NCBI RefSeq assembly: GCF_963521695.1
Contig: NZ_CAUQWC010000001.1
Span: 1 to 46,020, forward strand
Direction of reading: 5' to 3'
DNA from: an uncultured Microbacterium sp.
GTDB taxonomy: Bacteria > Actinomycetota > Actinomycetes > Actinomycetales > Microbacteriaceae
Length of the DNA: 46,020 nucleotides
Positions 1 to 9,622 of this stretch are shown in pieces. Under the pieces are notes generated by a model. That model was given only the letters and a program-made list of their open reading frames with translations. It was not told the DNA's origin and made no database searches. Position 1 is the stretch's first letter, and each line of letters starts with the position of its first letter. The translations under genes and the position numbers were made by a program.

Positions 1-198
1 GGCATCGGCCGGGGGTGTGAGGGCTGCCGCGGCCAGAGCGCCGACGCCGAGAACGGCCAGAGCGATCGTCGCGGCCGGCAGCGCCCACCGTACCCACGAC
101 GAGCGCGGGGCGACATCGCTTGTCGGCTCGGCGACGGGAGAGGCGATCGTAGCGTCAAAGGTCTCGCGCCGGCGGTTGTCGGGGGTGTGGTCGGTCAT
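1..198 (-). CDS. 5' part of a membrane-anchored/exported protein, running off the left edge of the window
   Basis: ATG at 198 overlaps the permease stop (ATGA). It reads MTDHTPDNRRRETF...WVRWALPAATIALAVLGVGALAAAALTPPADA, with a hydrophobic segment, and stays open to position 1. Confidence 0.7.
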   Translation of the reverse strand, partial: MTDHTPDNRRRETFDATIASPVAEPTSDVAPRSSWVRWALPAATIALAVLGVGALAAAALTPPADA

Positions 199-1142
199 GA
201 CAGGGCTCCGGTGTTCTCAGGTTCGGGGGCGGTCTCGGCGTCGAGCTCGGCGGTGTCGAACCGGCCAGCTGCGGCGGGGCGTCGGCGGTGCCAGGTCTTC
301 GCGATGAGCCCGTTGCGGGGGGCGAAGAACCAGGCGAGTAGGAACGCGGCGGTCAGGACGAGGACGATCGTGCCGCCGGTCGGGAAGTCCCCCGACCACG
401 AGATGTAGAGGCCGATCAGGGCGGAGACGCAGCCGATGATCGGGGCGAGCAGCATCATGATCTCGAGCCGGTCGGTTAGCAGCCTGGCCGTCGCGGCCGG
501 GGTGATCAGCAGGGCCAGGACGAGGATGTTTCCGATGGTCTGCACGCTGATGACCACGGCGAGGGTGACGAGTACGTAGAGCACGAGGTCGAGCCAGAAC
601 ACCTTGACGCCCATCGCACGGGCGGACTCCCGATCGAGGCTGATAGTGACGAACTCCTTGTGCAGCAGGAAAATCACCGCGAGCACGAGCACGCCGGCGC
701 CCCCGACGATGTAGAGGTCGGAGTCCGGGATGCCGGTGATGGAGCCGAACAGGAACTGCTGAAGGCTTCCGGCGTAGCCGGGGGCTTGGGAGATGACGAC
801 GATGCCGAGGGCGAACGCGGCGACGAAGAACACACCGATGATGGAGTCCTCCTTCAGCCTGCGGTTCTGGGAGAACACCGCGACGAGGACGGCGGTGAGG
901 ACCCCGGCGATCGTGCCGCCGATGACGAGGTTCCCGCCGACGACGAACGCGACGGCAAGTCCTGGGAACACGGCGTGGGCGACGGCGTCGCCGATGAAGG
1001 CCATGCCGCGCAGCACGACGAAGGTGCCGACGACGCCGCAGACGATGGACGACATGACCGCGACGGCGAGGGCCTTCGGGAGGAAAGCTAGGTCGGGGTT
1101 GAGCAGGTCGGTGAGGAAGTCGATCGGGTTCACGGGGGTCAC
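195..1142 (-). CDS. Anchored repeat-type Zn/Mn ABC transporter permease (ZnuB/TIGR03770-like)
   Basis: ABC-3 permease motifs VVLRGMAFIGDAVAHAVFPG, FLFGSI and LLITPAATAR. GTG at 1142 overlaps the ATPase stop (GTGA). Confidence 0.92.
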   Translation of the reverse strand: MTPVNPIDFLTDLLNPDLAFLPKALAVAVMSSIVCGVVGTFVVLRGMAFIGDAVAHAVFPGLAVAFVVGGNLVIGGTIAGVLTAVLVAVFSQNRRLKEDSIIGVFFVAAFALGIVVISQAPGYAGSLQQFLFGSITGIPDSDLYIVGGAGVLVLAVIFLLHKEFVTISLDRESARAMGVKVFWLDLVLYVLVTLAVVISVQTIGNILVLALLITPAATARLLTDRLEIMMLLAPIIGCVSALIGLYISWSGDFPTGGTIVLVLTAAFLLAWFFAPRNGLIAKTWHRRRPAAAGRFDTAELDAETAPEPENTGALS

Positions 1143-1888
1143 GCAGCTTTCAGGATGCGCAGCAGGGCGGAGTCGGGGCCGACGCCGAAGGTCGCCATCC
1201 ACAGCGCGGGGTCGGCGGCGAGCTGCGCGGGCGTGCCGGTGGCGATGATCGTGCTGTTGAGTAGCGCGATCCGGTCGCAGCCGTCCAGCGCCGACATCAG
1301 GTCGTGGGTTGTCATGAGCACGGCACGCCCTTCACGGGCGAGGTCGGCGAACAGTGAAGAGAGCAGCTCCTGGGTGGGCATATCCAGGCCGGTGAACGGC
1401 TCGTCCAGCAGCAGCACGGCGGGTTGCGCGGCGAGGGCGCGGGCGACGAGGACGCGCTGGCGCTGCCCGCCGGAGAGCTGCCCGACGGGCCGGTCGGCAA
1501 GGTCGCTCATCCGCACTCGCTTGAGGGCGTCGGCGACGGCCTCCCATTGTGCGACGCCGGGACGACGAAATATGCCGAGCCTTCCGGTCAGGCCGGTCAT
1601 GACGACGTTCGCGACGGAGATGGGGAACTCCCACGCGAACTCGTGACGTTGCGGGACGTAGCCGATCGGGGTGCGACCGGGTTTGGACGTGCGGCCCTCC
1701 ACGAGCACTCGGCCGGTGGCCGGTGTGAGGAGGCCGAGGATCGTGCGCAGCAGGGTGGTCTTCCCGGCCCCGTTGGGGCCGATCAGGCCCACGAGCTCGC
1801 CGCGGTCGACGGCAAGGTCCGTGCCGGTGAGCACGAGCCTGCCTCCGAGCTCGACGGACACGTTTTCGATCGCCAGCGCCGGCGTCAT
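1139..1888 (-). CDS. Anchored repeat-type ABC transporter ATP-binding subunit (ZnuC/TIGR03771-like)
   Basis: Walker A GPNGAGKTT, GYVPQRHEFAWEFPISV, signature LSGGQRQRV, Walker B LLLDEPF. Confidence 0.93.
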   Translation of the reverse strand: MTPALAIENVSVELGGRLVLTGTDLAVDRGELVGLIGPNGAGKTTLLRTILGLLTPATGRVLVEGRTSKPGRTPIGYVPQRHEFAWEFPISVANVVMTGLTGRLGIFRRPGVAQWEAVADALKRVRMSDLADRPVGQLSGGQRQRVLVARALAAQPAVLLLDEPFTGLDMPTQELLSSLFADLAREGRAVLMTTHDLMSALDGCDRIALLNSTIIATGTPAQLAADPALWMATFGVGPDSALLRILKAA

Positions 1889-2946
1889 CGTGCGTCCTCG
1901 GACACGCGGTCCCGATCACGGTCGCCGCCCTCGGCGCGGGAGGCGAGGGCGCGCTGCTTGGCGCGTTTACCCCGCACGATCACGACGACCAGCCCGACGA
2001 CCAGGGCGACGGCGACCAGGCCGATCGCGCCGATCAGGATGGGTACGAGCGGGTCGCCGGCTGGCTCCGGCGCGGCGGTCGCCCGGCCATCCAGCGTCAT
2101 ATCCTCGGCATCCGCGCCTTCGCCGGGGGCCGCCGCGGCCGCACCGGCCCAGGTCGCGGCGAGCGCATCGGCCGGGGACGTGTCAGTGCCGACCGCGAAG
2201 CGGATGAGCTGCGTGTTAGAGACGGTCGAGCCGTCCACGAGATCGGCGGTCGCCTCCAGCTGGAGTAGGTAGACACCCGGCTCGGTGAAGACCCAGTTCG
2301 CGTGCGTGTGCGTGTTGACGTCGACCCAGATTGGCTGCGCGTCGGGAACGCGGGAGTCCCACAGCAGCTGCGGCTCCCCGAACGATCCCGACTGCAGGTA
2401 GGTAGTCACGGTGCCGGGCCCCTGCGCGCCGGTGAGGGACAGGGTGACGCCGCGGTCGATGGTCTGCATGACCTCGGGGTCCTGCGTGTTCCAGCCCAGC
2501 CAGACGACCTCGGGGTTTTGCGTCTGCGGCACCACCCACACGGTCGCGCCGGGGTCGGCGCCGACGAAGACGTAGGCCGGGTCGTCCGGGACGGACAGCT
2601 CCGCCTGGTCGAGGACGTGGAAGACGGTCTCCTCGGGGTAGCGCCACACGCTCGTCGCGTTCGCGTCGGCCTTGGCGACGTCATCGTGGATGAGGAACGT
2701 CCACTGCCCGTCGTCGAACTTCGGCCCCATGTCGACGTGCCCGGCATCCAGTGTCCGATCGCCGTGGACGACGGCGAGGTCGCCGAGGGTCTGATCGAGG
2801 TTCGGATCGTCGTCACCGTCCTGGGCGAACGCGGCAGTGGGCGCGGTCAGCAGCGCCAACGCGAGGACGGCGACCCCGGCGCGCACGGCGCCGGCGGCTC
2901 GCCTGCGGGGTCGGGTAGGGATCGTCATCGAGGGCTGCTTTCTCAT
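1885..2946 (-). CDS. TIGR03769 (choice-of-anchor M) domain surface protein with C-terminal membrane anchor (TIGR03773-like)
   Basis: Signal peptide (AFA-QD), motifs GHVDMGP...VWVVPQTQNP..WLGWNTQ...HTHANWVFTEPGVY, then a C-terminal TM helix and basic tail. The true start may be ATG 2928. Confidence 0.85.
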   Translation of the reverse strand: MRKQPSMTIPTRPRRRAAGAVRAGVAVLALALLTAPTAAFAQDGDDDPNLDQTLGDLAVVHGDRTLDAGHVDMGPKFDDGQWTFLIHDDVAKADANATSVWRYPEETVFHVLDQAELSVPDDPAYVFVGADPGATVWVVPQTQNPEVVWLGWNTQDPEVMQTIDRGVTLSLTGAQGPGTVTTYLQSGSFGEPQLLWDSRVPDAQPIWVDVNTHTHANWVFTEPGVYLLQLEATADLVDGSTVSNTQLIRFAVGTDTSPADALAATWAGAAAAAPGEGADAEDMTLDGRATAAPEPAGDPLVPILIGAIGLVAVALVVGLVVVIVRGKRAKQRALASRAEGGDRDRDRVSEDAR

Positions 2947-2980
2947 CGGTTCGGTCAGAGGGTCGCGGGGTCCGGCGTGC

Positions 2981-4549
2981 TCATCCGCTGAGGCAATCGC
3001 GGAGGGAGTCGGCGTTGAAGCGCATCATGTCGACGTAGCTCGGCACCCGGTCATCCAAAGCGTCGCCGTAAATGCGGCACACCTGAACGTGCTGCTCGGC
3101 AGCGAGCTCGGTGAGCACGTTCGCGCGGGCGATGTGGTTGGGTTCGAGGAACACCGCGGGGATGCGCAGCGTCCGTAGCGTCTCGGACAGCTTGCGGCGA
3201 TCCGCGAGCGACGGCTCGGTCGCCGGGTTCGGGGTCACGAAGCCGGCGATCTGGACGTGGTAGGCGTGCGCGAGGTAGCCGAAGGCGTCGTGCGTCGTGA
3301 TGAGGTAACGGTTCGCCTCGGGGATCGTCGCGATCTGTTCGCGCACGTAATCGTCAACGACCTTCAACTCGGCAAGGTAGGCGGCGGCGTTCGCGGTGTA
3401 CTCGCGGGCGCCGGCGGGGTCGGCGCCGATCAGGGTGTCGCGGATGAGCTGGACGTAGGCCATGCCGTTGCGCACGTCCTGCCACAGGTGCGGGTCGATT
3501 TCGCCGTGGACGTGCTTGCCGAGCACCGCCTGCGGCAGTTGGTAGATCTGCGTGCCGGCGCGGCCGAGAAAGGAGAACTGTGACCCGCCGGGGATCTCGG
3601 ACAGCGCCTTGGACGGCACGTCGATCACGACCTGCTCCGGCGCGTAGGCGATCTGGGTGTGCTCGCCGCCGCCCTGCGGGTCGTAGCGGACCTCCAGCGC
3701 TCCGTCTTCGAGGTTCGCCGTCAGGTCCGCATGGCCCTGGTTCAGCACCACCGCGCCGGGTATCCTGGCGTCGGCGGGGTTGACGCCGACGGCGAAGGTG
3801 AATGTCGCCTGCCCGAGTTCCTGTGGGCGCGAGGTGTCGTCGATCTGCACGCGTGCGTCGAGCGTGATTGTGTAGACGCCCGGCTTGGTGAACGCCCATG
3901 ACAGGTGTGTGTGCGCGTCGGCCGGCAACGACATGGTGTCGTCCCGGTAGCCGTTGGACGGGTCGAAGCCGTTGGCGGAGTCGAAGTACACGTCCGTGTC
4001 GCCGAACGTGCCCGTCAGGTAGGCGAACACGTCGCCCGGCCCGGTCACGTCAATTGCGGAGAGCAGCACCTCCGAAGTGCGGGTGGCCCCGTAGCGGGCG
4101 GCACCGTCGCCGTGCGCGCGCAGTCCGAGCCATACGGTGTCGAGGTTGACGTTCTCCACCAGCGGGATGATCTCAGCGGCGTACTTCACCGCTTCCTCGG
4201 CGAGGGACACGTTCACCGCGCCGGCCTGCAGGTTGGAGTCGAGCGTCTTGATGACGTTGTGCTCCTCCAGCAGCGCGTAGTTGGAGAACGCGACGTCCGC
4301 GTATACGACGTTGCGGGCATCCCGCAGCGTCGGCTCGTAGGTGTGCGGGTCCGCGCCGTCGGGCACGATCGAGGCAACGTCCACCCGGTCGCCGCCGACG
4401 TTCTGCACAAGATCGCGCAGCAGCCCCGTGGTCGTGATGACCTGGAGCCTGTCGCTGTCGGAGGGGAGCAGCGGCTTGCTCGCGCAGCCGGTCAGCGTCA
4501 GCACCGTCGCGGCGAGTGCGGCCGTGGCAGCGAGGAGGCGGCGGCTCAT
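2981..4549 (-). CDS. Anchored repeat ABC transporter substrate-binding lipoprotein (cluster A-I Zn/Mn SBP with inserted TIGR03769-like domain)
   Basis: Lipobox LTGC, metal-site motifs DPHTYEP, DPHLWQD and THDAFGY, and an insert containing HTHLSWAFTKPGVY and GHADL. Confidence 0.9.
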   Translation of the reverse strand: MSRRLLAATAALAATVLTLTGCASKPLLPSDSDRLQVITTTGLLRDLVQNVGGDRVDVASIVPDGADPHTYEPTLRDARNVVYADVAFSNYALLEEHNVIKTLDSNLQAGAVNVSLAEEAVKYAAEIIPLVENVNLDTVWLGLRAHGDGAARYGATRTSEVLLSAIDVTGPGDVFAYLTGTFGDTDVYFDSANGFDPSNGYRDDTMSLPADAHTHLSWAFTKPGVYTITLDARVQIDDTSRPQELGQATFTFAVGVNPADARIPGAVVLNQGHADLTANLEDGALEVRYDPQGGGEHTQIAYAPEQVVIDVPSKALSEIPGGSQFSFLGRAGTQIYQLPQAVLGKHVHGEIDPHLWQDVRNGMAYVQLIRDTLIGADPAGAREYTANAAAYLAELKVVDDYVREQIATIPEANRYLITTHDAFGYLAHAYHVQIAGFVTPNPATEPSLADRRKLSETLRTLRIPAVFLEPNHIARANVLTELAAEQHVQVCRIYGDALDDRVPSYVDMMRFNADSLRDCLSG

Positions 4550-4953
4550 GGGCGTGCCCCCGCGTGCCGCACGACGCCAATCCGGTCGTCGCCGTCGGCC
4601 AGGTCCAATCCGGCCCGACGGAGCTCGTCGCGCAGCTCGTCAAGTGCGGGCGGCTCCCAGCTCGAGGCGAACGTCTCTTGGCGCAGGGTACGGTCGCCGT
4701 CGAGCACGAGATACTCGCTTTGTGCGGCCCCGTGGCGTGCCAGGTAGCGGTGCCGGCCGATCTGGGCGCCCTCCTCCACCGGGTCTGCCACCTCGTCGAG
4801 GGCGTCCGGGGCGGCGCCGGCGCCGACGTCGAGGACGGTCGCGCTCCCATCGAGGTCGCCGACAGCCGATGCCAGGGCGGGCCGCAGCCCGCCCCAGACA
4901 TCGGTCATGAACAGGTCATGGAACTCGCCCATGCCCTCGTATGAGTCGCTCAC
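4546..4953 (-). pseudogene. Class I SAM-dependent methyltransferase, apparently internally deleted (135 aa)
   Basis: N-terminus SYEGMGEFHDLFM and motif I VLDVGAG, then an abrupt jump to C-terminal-like sequence (LRDELRRAGL). Translationally coupled at both ends (GTGA, ATGA). Confidence 0.6.
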
Positions 4954-7900
4954 AACGGAAGGTCGCCCCTCCGTCGCCGCCACCACAGCACCCCGGTTCC
5001 CACCGCTCCCACGATCAAAAGAGCTCCGAGGATCGACAGCAGCAGCGGGACCGGGTTACCGGCTTCGAGTGCCGCGAACGGTGACAGCGCGGCCGGTGAG
5101 TCGCCGTCCGTGGTGTCGCGTCCGTCCGTAACCGTTGCGGCGGCGACCCTGGCGGCCTCCGCCTGCGCCTGCTGGGCTGCCTTCGCGGCGTCGGTCAGCT
5201 CGGCTGTCCCGGTGCGGATCGCGTTGGAAATCACACCGCACCCGTTTCCGGTGCTGATCGCGGTGGTTGGGTTGACGTCTCCTACGGCAATTGTGAGGGT
5301 TTCGGTGTCCGACGATGCTTGCCCGCCTGGCAGTGTCACGGTTTGGGTGAACCGCAGCCGGTAGATGCCTTCCGCGCTGAATGCCCAGTTCGCGTGGGCG
5401 TGGACGCCGAGCGGGATGCGGAACGACCCGGGCCCATCGAAGTACACCTGCTGAACCCCGCCGAAGGAACTGGCCGTGTACACCTTCACCGTGCCCGGCC
5501 CATCCACGCTGTCCAGGGACCAGTTCACGCTGGAGGACGCGTTCCCGGCGTTGAGGAGTTCTGTGGACCACCCCAACCAGATCAGGTCCGGGTTCTGGGT
5601 CTGCGGGTTCTGCCAAATAATGGTTCCGGCAGGTCCCACCTGACCGTATCCGGTCGGCAGTGTCTGCTTCGATGCGGGCTTGAGCCACAGCACCGTCGAG
5701 GCGGGGTCGCGGTATACACGGGTGCCGGTGGAATCGTCCCCGATGAGGGATTCGAGCTTTCCGCCGACCAGTTGCGCGTTCCAGTCCAGGTGTCCCGCAC
5801 CGATCACGGCAACATTGGTCGGAGTGCACTGCGTTGCAGCGGCGGGGACCGCTCCCCCGTCGCCCCGGCCACCTCCCGGTGAGGGCGGGGTCGTGGCTGG
5901 CGGCGCAACCACGGTGAACACGTCCCAGCCGACGAGTTCGCCGGAGGCTTTCTTGATGACCAGCTTGTGCGAGCCCTCCGGCAGGTCTGCGGGGAGGCGC
6001 AGCTGGGCGGTTCCGGCTGCGTTCACCAGCGCCCATCCGGTCCATACGGGTGCGGCACCGGTGGAGTGCACCCAGACCGACACCCACGAGCCGAGCGGTG
6101 CGGCACCGGTCTTCACGGTGACGAGCTGCCCGGCCAGGAAACCCTGGGTGTCACCGAGCACCTGCACGCCGCCACTTGTGGCATCGGTGAGTTGCGACTC
6201 CGGCACTGCCGTCGTGTCGGGGGTAGAGGGTTGCCCGTTGTCGGTGAAGCAGGTGGCAGGGTCGATCTTCTTTACCGACACCTTCCCGACCGCCACGGCG
6301 AGAGTGAACGTGTCCGTAGGGGTGGATCCGTCGGGCAGAGTCGTGGATCGGGTGAACCCGAGGCAGTAGGTGCCCTCGGCGGAGAACGCCCAGTCGCCGT
6401 GCACGTGGGAGTGCTTTGGGATCGTGATCTTGTCCGCCGCGGTGATGCCGTCGCGGGTGTTCATCAGCACGTCGACGCTACCGAGAGATGACCCGCCCTT
6501 CGACAGGGAGAACTCCCCCGGACCCGATACCCGATCCAACCGCCAGTCCACCCCCGTGGTCGTCGCGGTCAGCGGGATCGATTCCGTCGACCAGCCCGGC
6601 CATACCAGACCCTCCTGCTGCGTCTCGGTCACCAGCCACACCGGCGCCCCCGCCGCACCGAGGAACCGGTATTTCTCCTCCGCGGGGACCACCGTCTCAG
6701 AACCTGGGAGCAGCTGCATCACCACCTCGGCCGGGTCATGCCACGACGCTCCATACCGGGTCGCGTTCGCCACCCCCTCGACGGTGGTGTCCTTCACCTG
6801 GGTGTCGAACACCCCACCGTCCAGGGTCGATGCCACATCGAGATGCCCGTCGTTGAGGATCACGGCACCCGAATCCGTCCGCGACCAGTTCGGGACATCC
6901 CACACAGGCGCCTCGGGCTCCGGCCCCGGGTCGGTTCCGCCACCGGGGACAGGGACCTCATCCGCACGCGTCGGGGTCGCGCCCTGCGCACACGTCTTAT
7001 CCAACGCGCCATGCTCCGCACCACGCCAAACAGGGCCGGTGAATGCGCTGTCCTTACCATGCGCCTTCCACAACGGGTCGTACCCGTTCGGATCGAGCGG
7101 ACCATCCACCACCATCGTCAACGTGTGCGCATCCTTCACCACAGCACCCGCCGCGGTGGTCGCCGACCACGACATGTCCAGGCAATACACCCCCGGACGG
7201 GTGAAGAGGAAGGAAGCGCGACGCGTGTTGCCTGTCACGCCCGCCGACAGGTGTTGCTTGAGCGTGCCCGTCGCAGTGTCGAAGCCTTGATTGGCGTACT
7301 CGCCGATGTTCATCCAGGACACCTGGCCGGGGCCGCGGGCACCCTCGAGTGTCCATTGCACCTGTCCTTTGAGTGCGTCAGCGGGTATCCCGAGGGTGTC
7401 CCACCCGGTCACGATCTCCGAACGGTACACGCCCCCATCGATGGTTTCGGGGGCACTGAGGACGATGACGTCGTCGACCTTGTGGGAGAGAGCCGGGCGT
7501 TGCCAGCGCGGCGCATCACGGTCCAGGGTCACACGCAGGTCCCCGTCCCGCAGCGCGACACCGATGCGTGCCCGTCCGTCGTCCCACACCGCCGGGGTGG
7601 TATCGGTGGAGGGGGTGAGCTGCTGCACGGGCGGGGTGGGGTAGGTCAGCGTGCGTCCGCACGGGGCGACCGTGGACGAGTCGTCGTTCGAACCCACCAC
7701 ATGCGTCAGGAACCCGTGCGCCTCTTTCGGGGTCCCATTCGGGAGGACGGTGCTGACGCTCATCGCCATGCAATACACACCCGGAGCGGTGAACGACCAG
7801 TTGAAGTGCGCATGGATCCCCTGCCCGAACGCAGTCGCGGAGGGGAGTCCTTGCTTTGTACTCAGCAGGGGCGCGAGAGCTCCGTTCTGCGGTCCGTCCT

Positions 7901-9533
7901 GCCAGAGAACGACGTCACCGGGGGCTGCGCCACCGTCAGCGCCCATGACGGCGTCTAAGCGGAAGACGAACGGATGCCGAGGAGGAAGGCCATCGAGAGA
8001 GGGAGACTGCGTCGCCATCCCGATCCATGATCCGGCGCCCCCACCTTGCCTGTTGCGCCACACCGTCGCCCCTGGCGGGGCGATGAAACTGTAGTCCGCG
8101 TCGGGGGTGTTCACCTCGGGCAGCGTCTCTTTTAGCACGTCCCGTTGCGGGATGACGAGATCGTTCCACTCCACGGGCTTGTCAAGACCATCCACGCGTG
8201 CACGAAGCGCCAGCGCCTGTCCACCGCCTGGTGTCGAATCCAGTTCCGGATACAACACGTCGGCATGAATATCGCCCAGGACGAGCCAATCGCCTGCAGT
8301 GCCGCCTCCGTCCGGGTGGATGAGGGGAAAATCGATGCCGGTGTCCGACGCACCGGGCGTCGTCAGATCCTCCGTACTGGGCCGCTGCAGCCCCGCCCCC
8401 TGCGGGGCGAGGTCGACGGTGGGCTCGTACCCATCGGGGGCGCGGTCGAGCACGACCACGTAGCTCTCCCCCGCCGCGAGGGGGGCGCGTTCGGAGAATC
8501 GGTACGCGCCCGTCGCGTCGGTCGTTGCGGTCACCTGCCGGCCGTCTGCGCCGATGACGGGCGTTTCGGACGGAGTGCGAAGGGAGAGGGTGAGGTCGGG
8601 GAGGGGCTGCTCGAACGGATCCCGGGTGCCGCTTCGGTTCGCGTCGACGTAGACCGCCCCACCCACAGTGACGCCAGACACTTTCGCGAACCCGAAGTCA
8701 AGGCTGAGATCCGTCGCGCCCTCCTCCGTCAACGGCACGTTGCCGTTGCGGGTGAAACCGCCGTATTCGTCGGCGACTTGCCCGGACGTGGCGAGGTACC
8801 CCCCGGGCGGGTTGGTCAGGTACGCGGCGTATGAGGCTCCCTCATCCAGGTACGGCAAGGTGTCAAACCGGTAGGAACCATCGTCCTCGGTGACCGCCTC
8901 GAGGAACTGTCCAGGATTGCCCGGGTCTTCCACGGTGTAGCCATCGCTGTGGACCGCCCGGAGGGTCAACCCGCTGAAGCCCGGCTCCCCCGCGTCGCGG
9001 ATGCCGTCGCGGTCGGTGTCATCCCACACCGCGCCCCCGAACACCACAGCCCCCCGCTCCGGAGGAATGACCGTCAACGCGAAGTCCACCGCGTCATCGA
9101 CCGCGCCCACGGTGGTCAAGTCGTTCGTCGTGCCGAGCCAATAGCTGTTGTCGGGCAGCAGCGCGCCTCCGTTGCCCTGGTAGCCCGCCGGCATGCTCAG
9201 CATCGCCACGGCGTACTGGTACTCAGCGAAGGGAAGCGGCGGGACCTGCCAGGAGTACTTCCCCTCCGCGTCGGTGGTGATCGTCCACGGCTGCGACGGA
9301 TCCGAAGGGTCGGGAACAGGAGTCTCGGTGGCGTCCATGATCTGCAACGCGGCACCGGGGAAGACCGGCTCGCCCTCGTCGAAGACGCCGTTGGCGTTGG
9401 CGTCGTCGAACACGCGTCCCGCAACGGTGACCGTGCCCTCCGCGGCATGGGCGGCTCCAGGCACGATGAAGGAACTCACCGCGATCACGGCCACGAGAGC
9501 ACCACTGATCATCCGAGAACGTGAACCCACCAC
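4950..9533 (-). CDS. 1527-aa surface protein: three SdrD B-like repeats, four TIGR03769-like domains and a C-terminal TM anchor
   Basis: Signal peptide AHA-AE. Repeats GRVFDDANANG, GAVWDDTDRDG and GAVYVDANRSG. Domains ending HAHFNWSFTAPGVY, FLFTRPGVY, HVHGDWAFSAEGTY and HAHANWAFSAEGIY. TM helix followed by WWRRRR. Confidence 0.85.
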   Translation of the reverse strand: MVGSRSRMISGALVAVIAVSSFIVPGAAHAAEGTVTVAGRVFDDANANGVFDEGEPVFPGAALQIMDATETPVPDPSDPSQPWTITTDAEGKYSWQVPPLPFAEYQYAVAMLSMPAGYQGNGGALLPDNSYWLGTTNDLTTVGAVDDAVDFALTVIPPERGAVVFGGAVWDDTDRDGIRDAGEPGFSGLTLRAVHSDGYTVEDPGNPGQFLEAVTEDDGSYRFDTLPYLDEGASYAAYLTNPPGGYLATSGQVADEYGGFTRNGNVPLTEEGATDLSLDFGFAKVSGVTVGGAVYVDANRSGTRDPFEQPLPDLTLSLRTPSETPVIGADGRQVTATTDATGAYRFSERAPLAAGESYVVVLDRAPDGYEPTVDLAPQGAGLQRPSTEDLTTPGASDTGIDFPLIHPDGGGTAGDWLVLGDIHADVLYPELDSTPGGGQALALRARVDGLDKPVEWNDLVIPQRDVLKETLPEVNTPDADYSFIAPPGATVWRNRQGGGAGSWIGMATQSPSLDGLPPRHPFVFRLDAVMGADGGAAPGDVVLWQDGPQNGALAPLLSTKQGLPSATAFGQGIHAHFNWSFTAPGVYCMAMSVSTVLPNGTPKEAHGFLTHVVGSNDDSSTVAPCGRTLTYPTPPVQQLTPSTDTTPAVWDDGRARIGVALRDGDLRVTLDRDAPRWQRPALSHKVDDVIVLSAPETIDGGVYRSEIVTGWDTLGIPADALKGQVQWTLEGARGPGQVSWMNIGEYANQGFDTATGTLKQHLSAGVTGNTRRASFLFTRPGVYCLDMSWSATTAAGAVVKDAHTLTMVVDGPLDPNGYDPLWKAHGKDSAFTGPVWRGAEHGALDKTCAQGATPTRADEVPVPGGGTDPGPEPEAPVWDVPNWSRTDSGAVILNDGHLDVASTLDGGVFDTQVKDTTVEGVANATRYGASWHDPAEVVMQLLPGSETVVPAEEKYRFLGAAGAPVWLVTETQQEGLVWPGWSTESIPLTATTTGVDWRLDRVSGPGEFSLSKGGSSLGSVDVLMNTRDGITAADKITIPKHSHVHGDWAFSAEGTYCLGFTRSTTLPDGSTPTDTFTLAVAVGKVSVKKIDPATCFTDNGQPSTPDTTAVPESQLTDATSGGVQVLGDTQGFLAGQLVTVKTGAAPLGSWVSVWVHSTGAAPVWTGWALVNAAGTAQLRLPADLPEGSHKLVIKKASGELVGWDVFTVVAPPATTPPSPGGGRGDGGAVPAAATQCTPTNVAVIGAGHLDWNAQLVGGKLESLIGDDSTGTRVYRDPASTVLWLKPASKQTLPTGYGQVGPAGTIIWQNPQTQNPDLIWLGWSTELLNAGNASSSVNWSLDSVDGPGTVKVYTASSFGGVQQVYFDGPGSFRIPLGVHAHANWAFSAEGIYRLRFTQTVTLPGGQASSDTETLTIAVGDVNPTTAISTGNGCGVISNAIRTGTAELTDAAKAAQQAQAEAARVAAATVTDGRDTTDGDSPAALSPFAALEAGNPVPLLLSILGALLIVGAVGTGVLWWRRRRGDLPL

Positions 9534-9580
9534 ACACCTTTTTCATAAGTCGTCACACCGGCGACGGTTCGAACGGTAAG

Positions 9581-9615
9581 CGGGTGGGAGGACACCGTCA
9601 GAGTCCTCCCACCCG
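9581..9615 (-). terminator. Perfect 13-bp stem-loop between the first and second genes of the Zn operon (terminator or mRNA stabiliser)
   Basis: CGGGTGGGAGGAC-ACCGTCAGA-GTCCTCCCACCCG, just downstream of the stop at 9623. Confidence 0.65.
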
Positions 9616-9622
9616 GCCGGTT

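Noticed and set aside
4950..5100. Sortase LPxTG anchor on the 1527-aa protein
   Set aside because: No LPxTG/LAxTG motif precedes the TM helix; only a TM segment and basic tail are supported.
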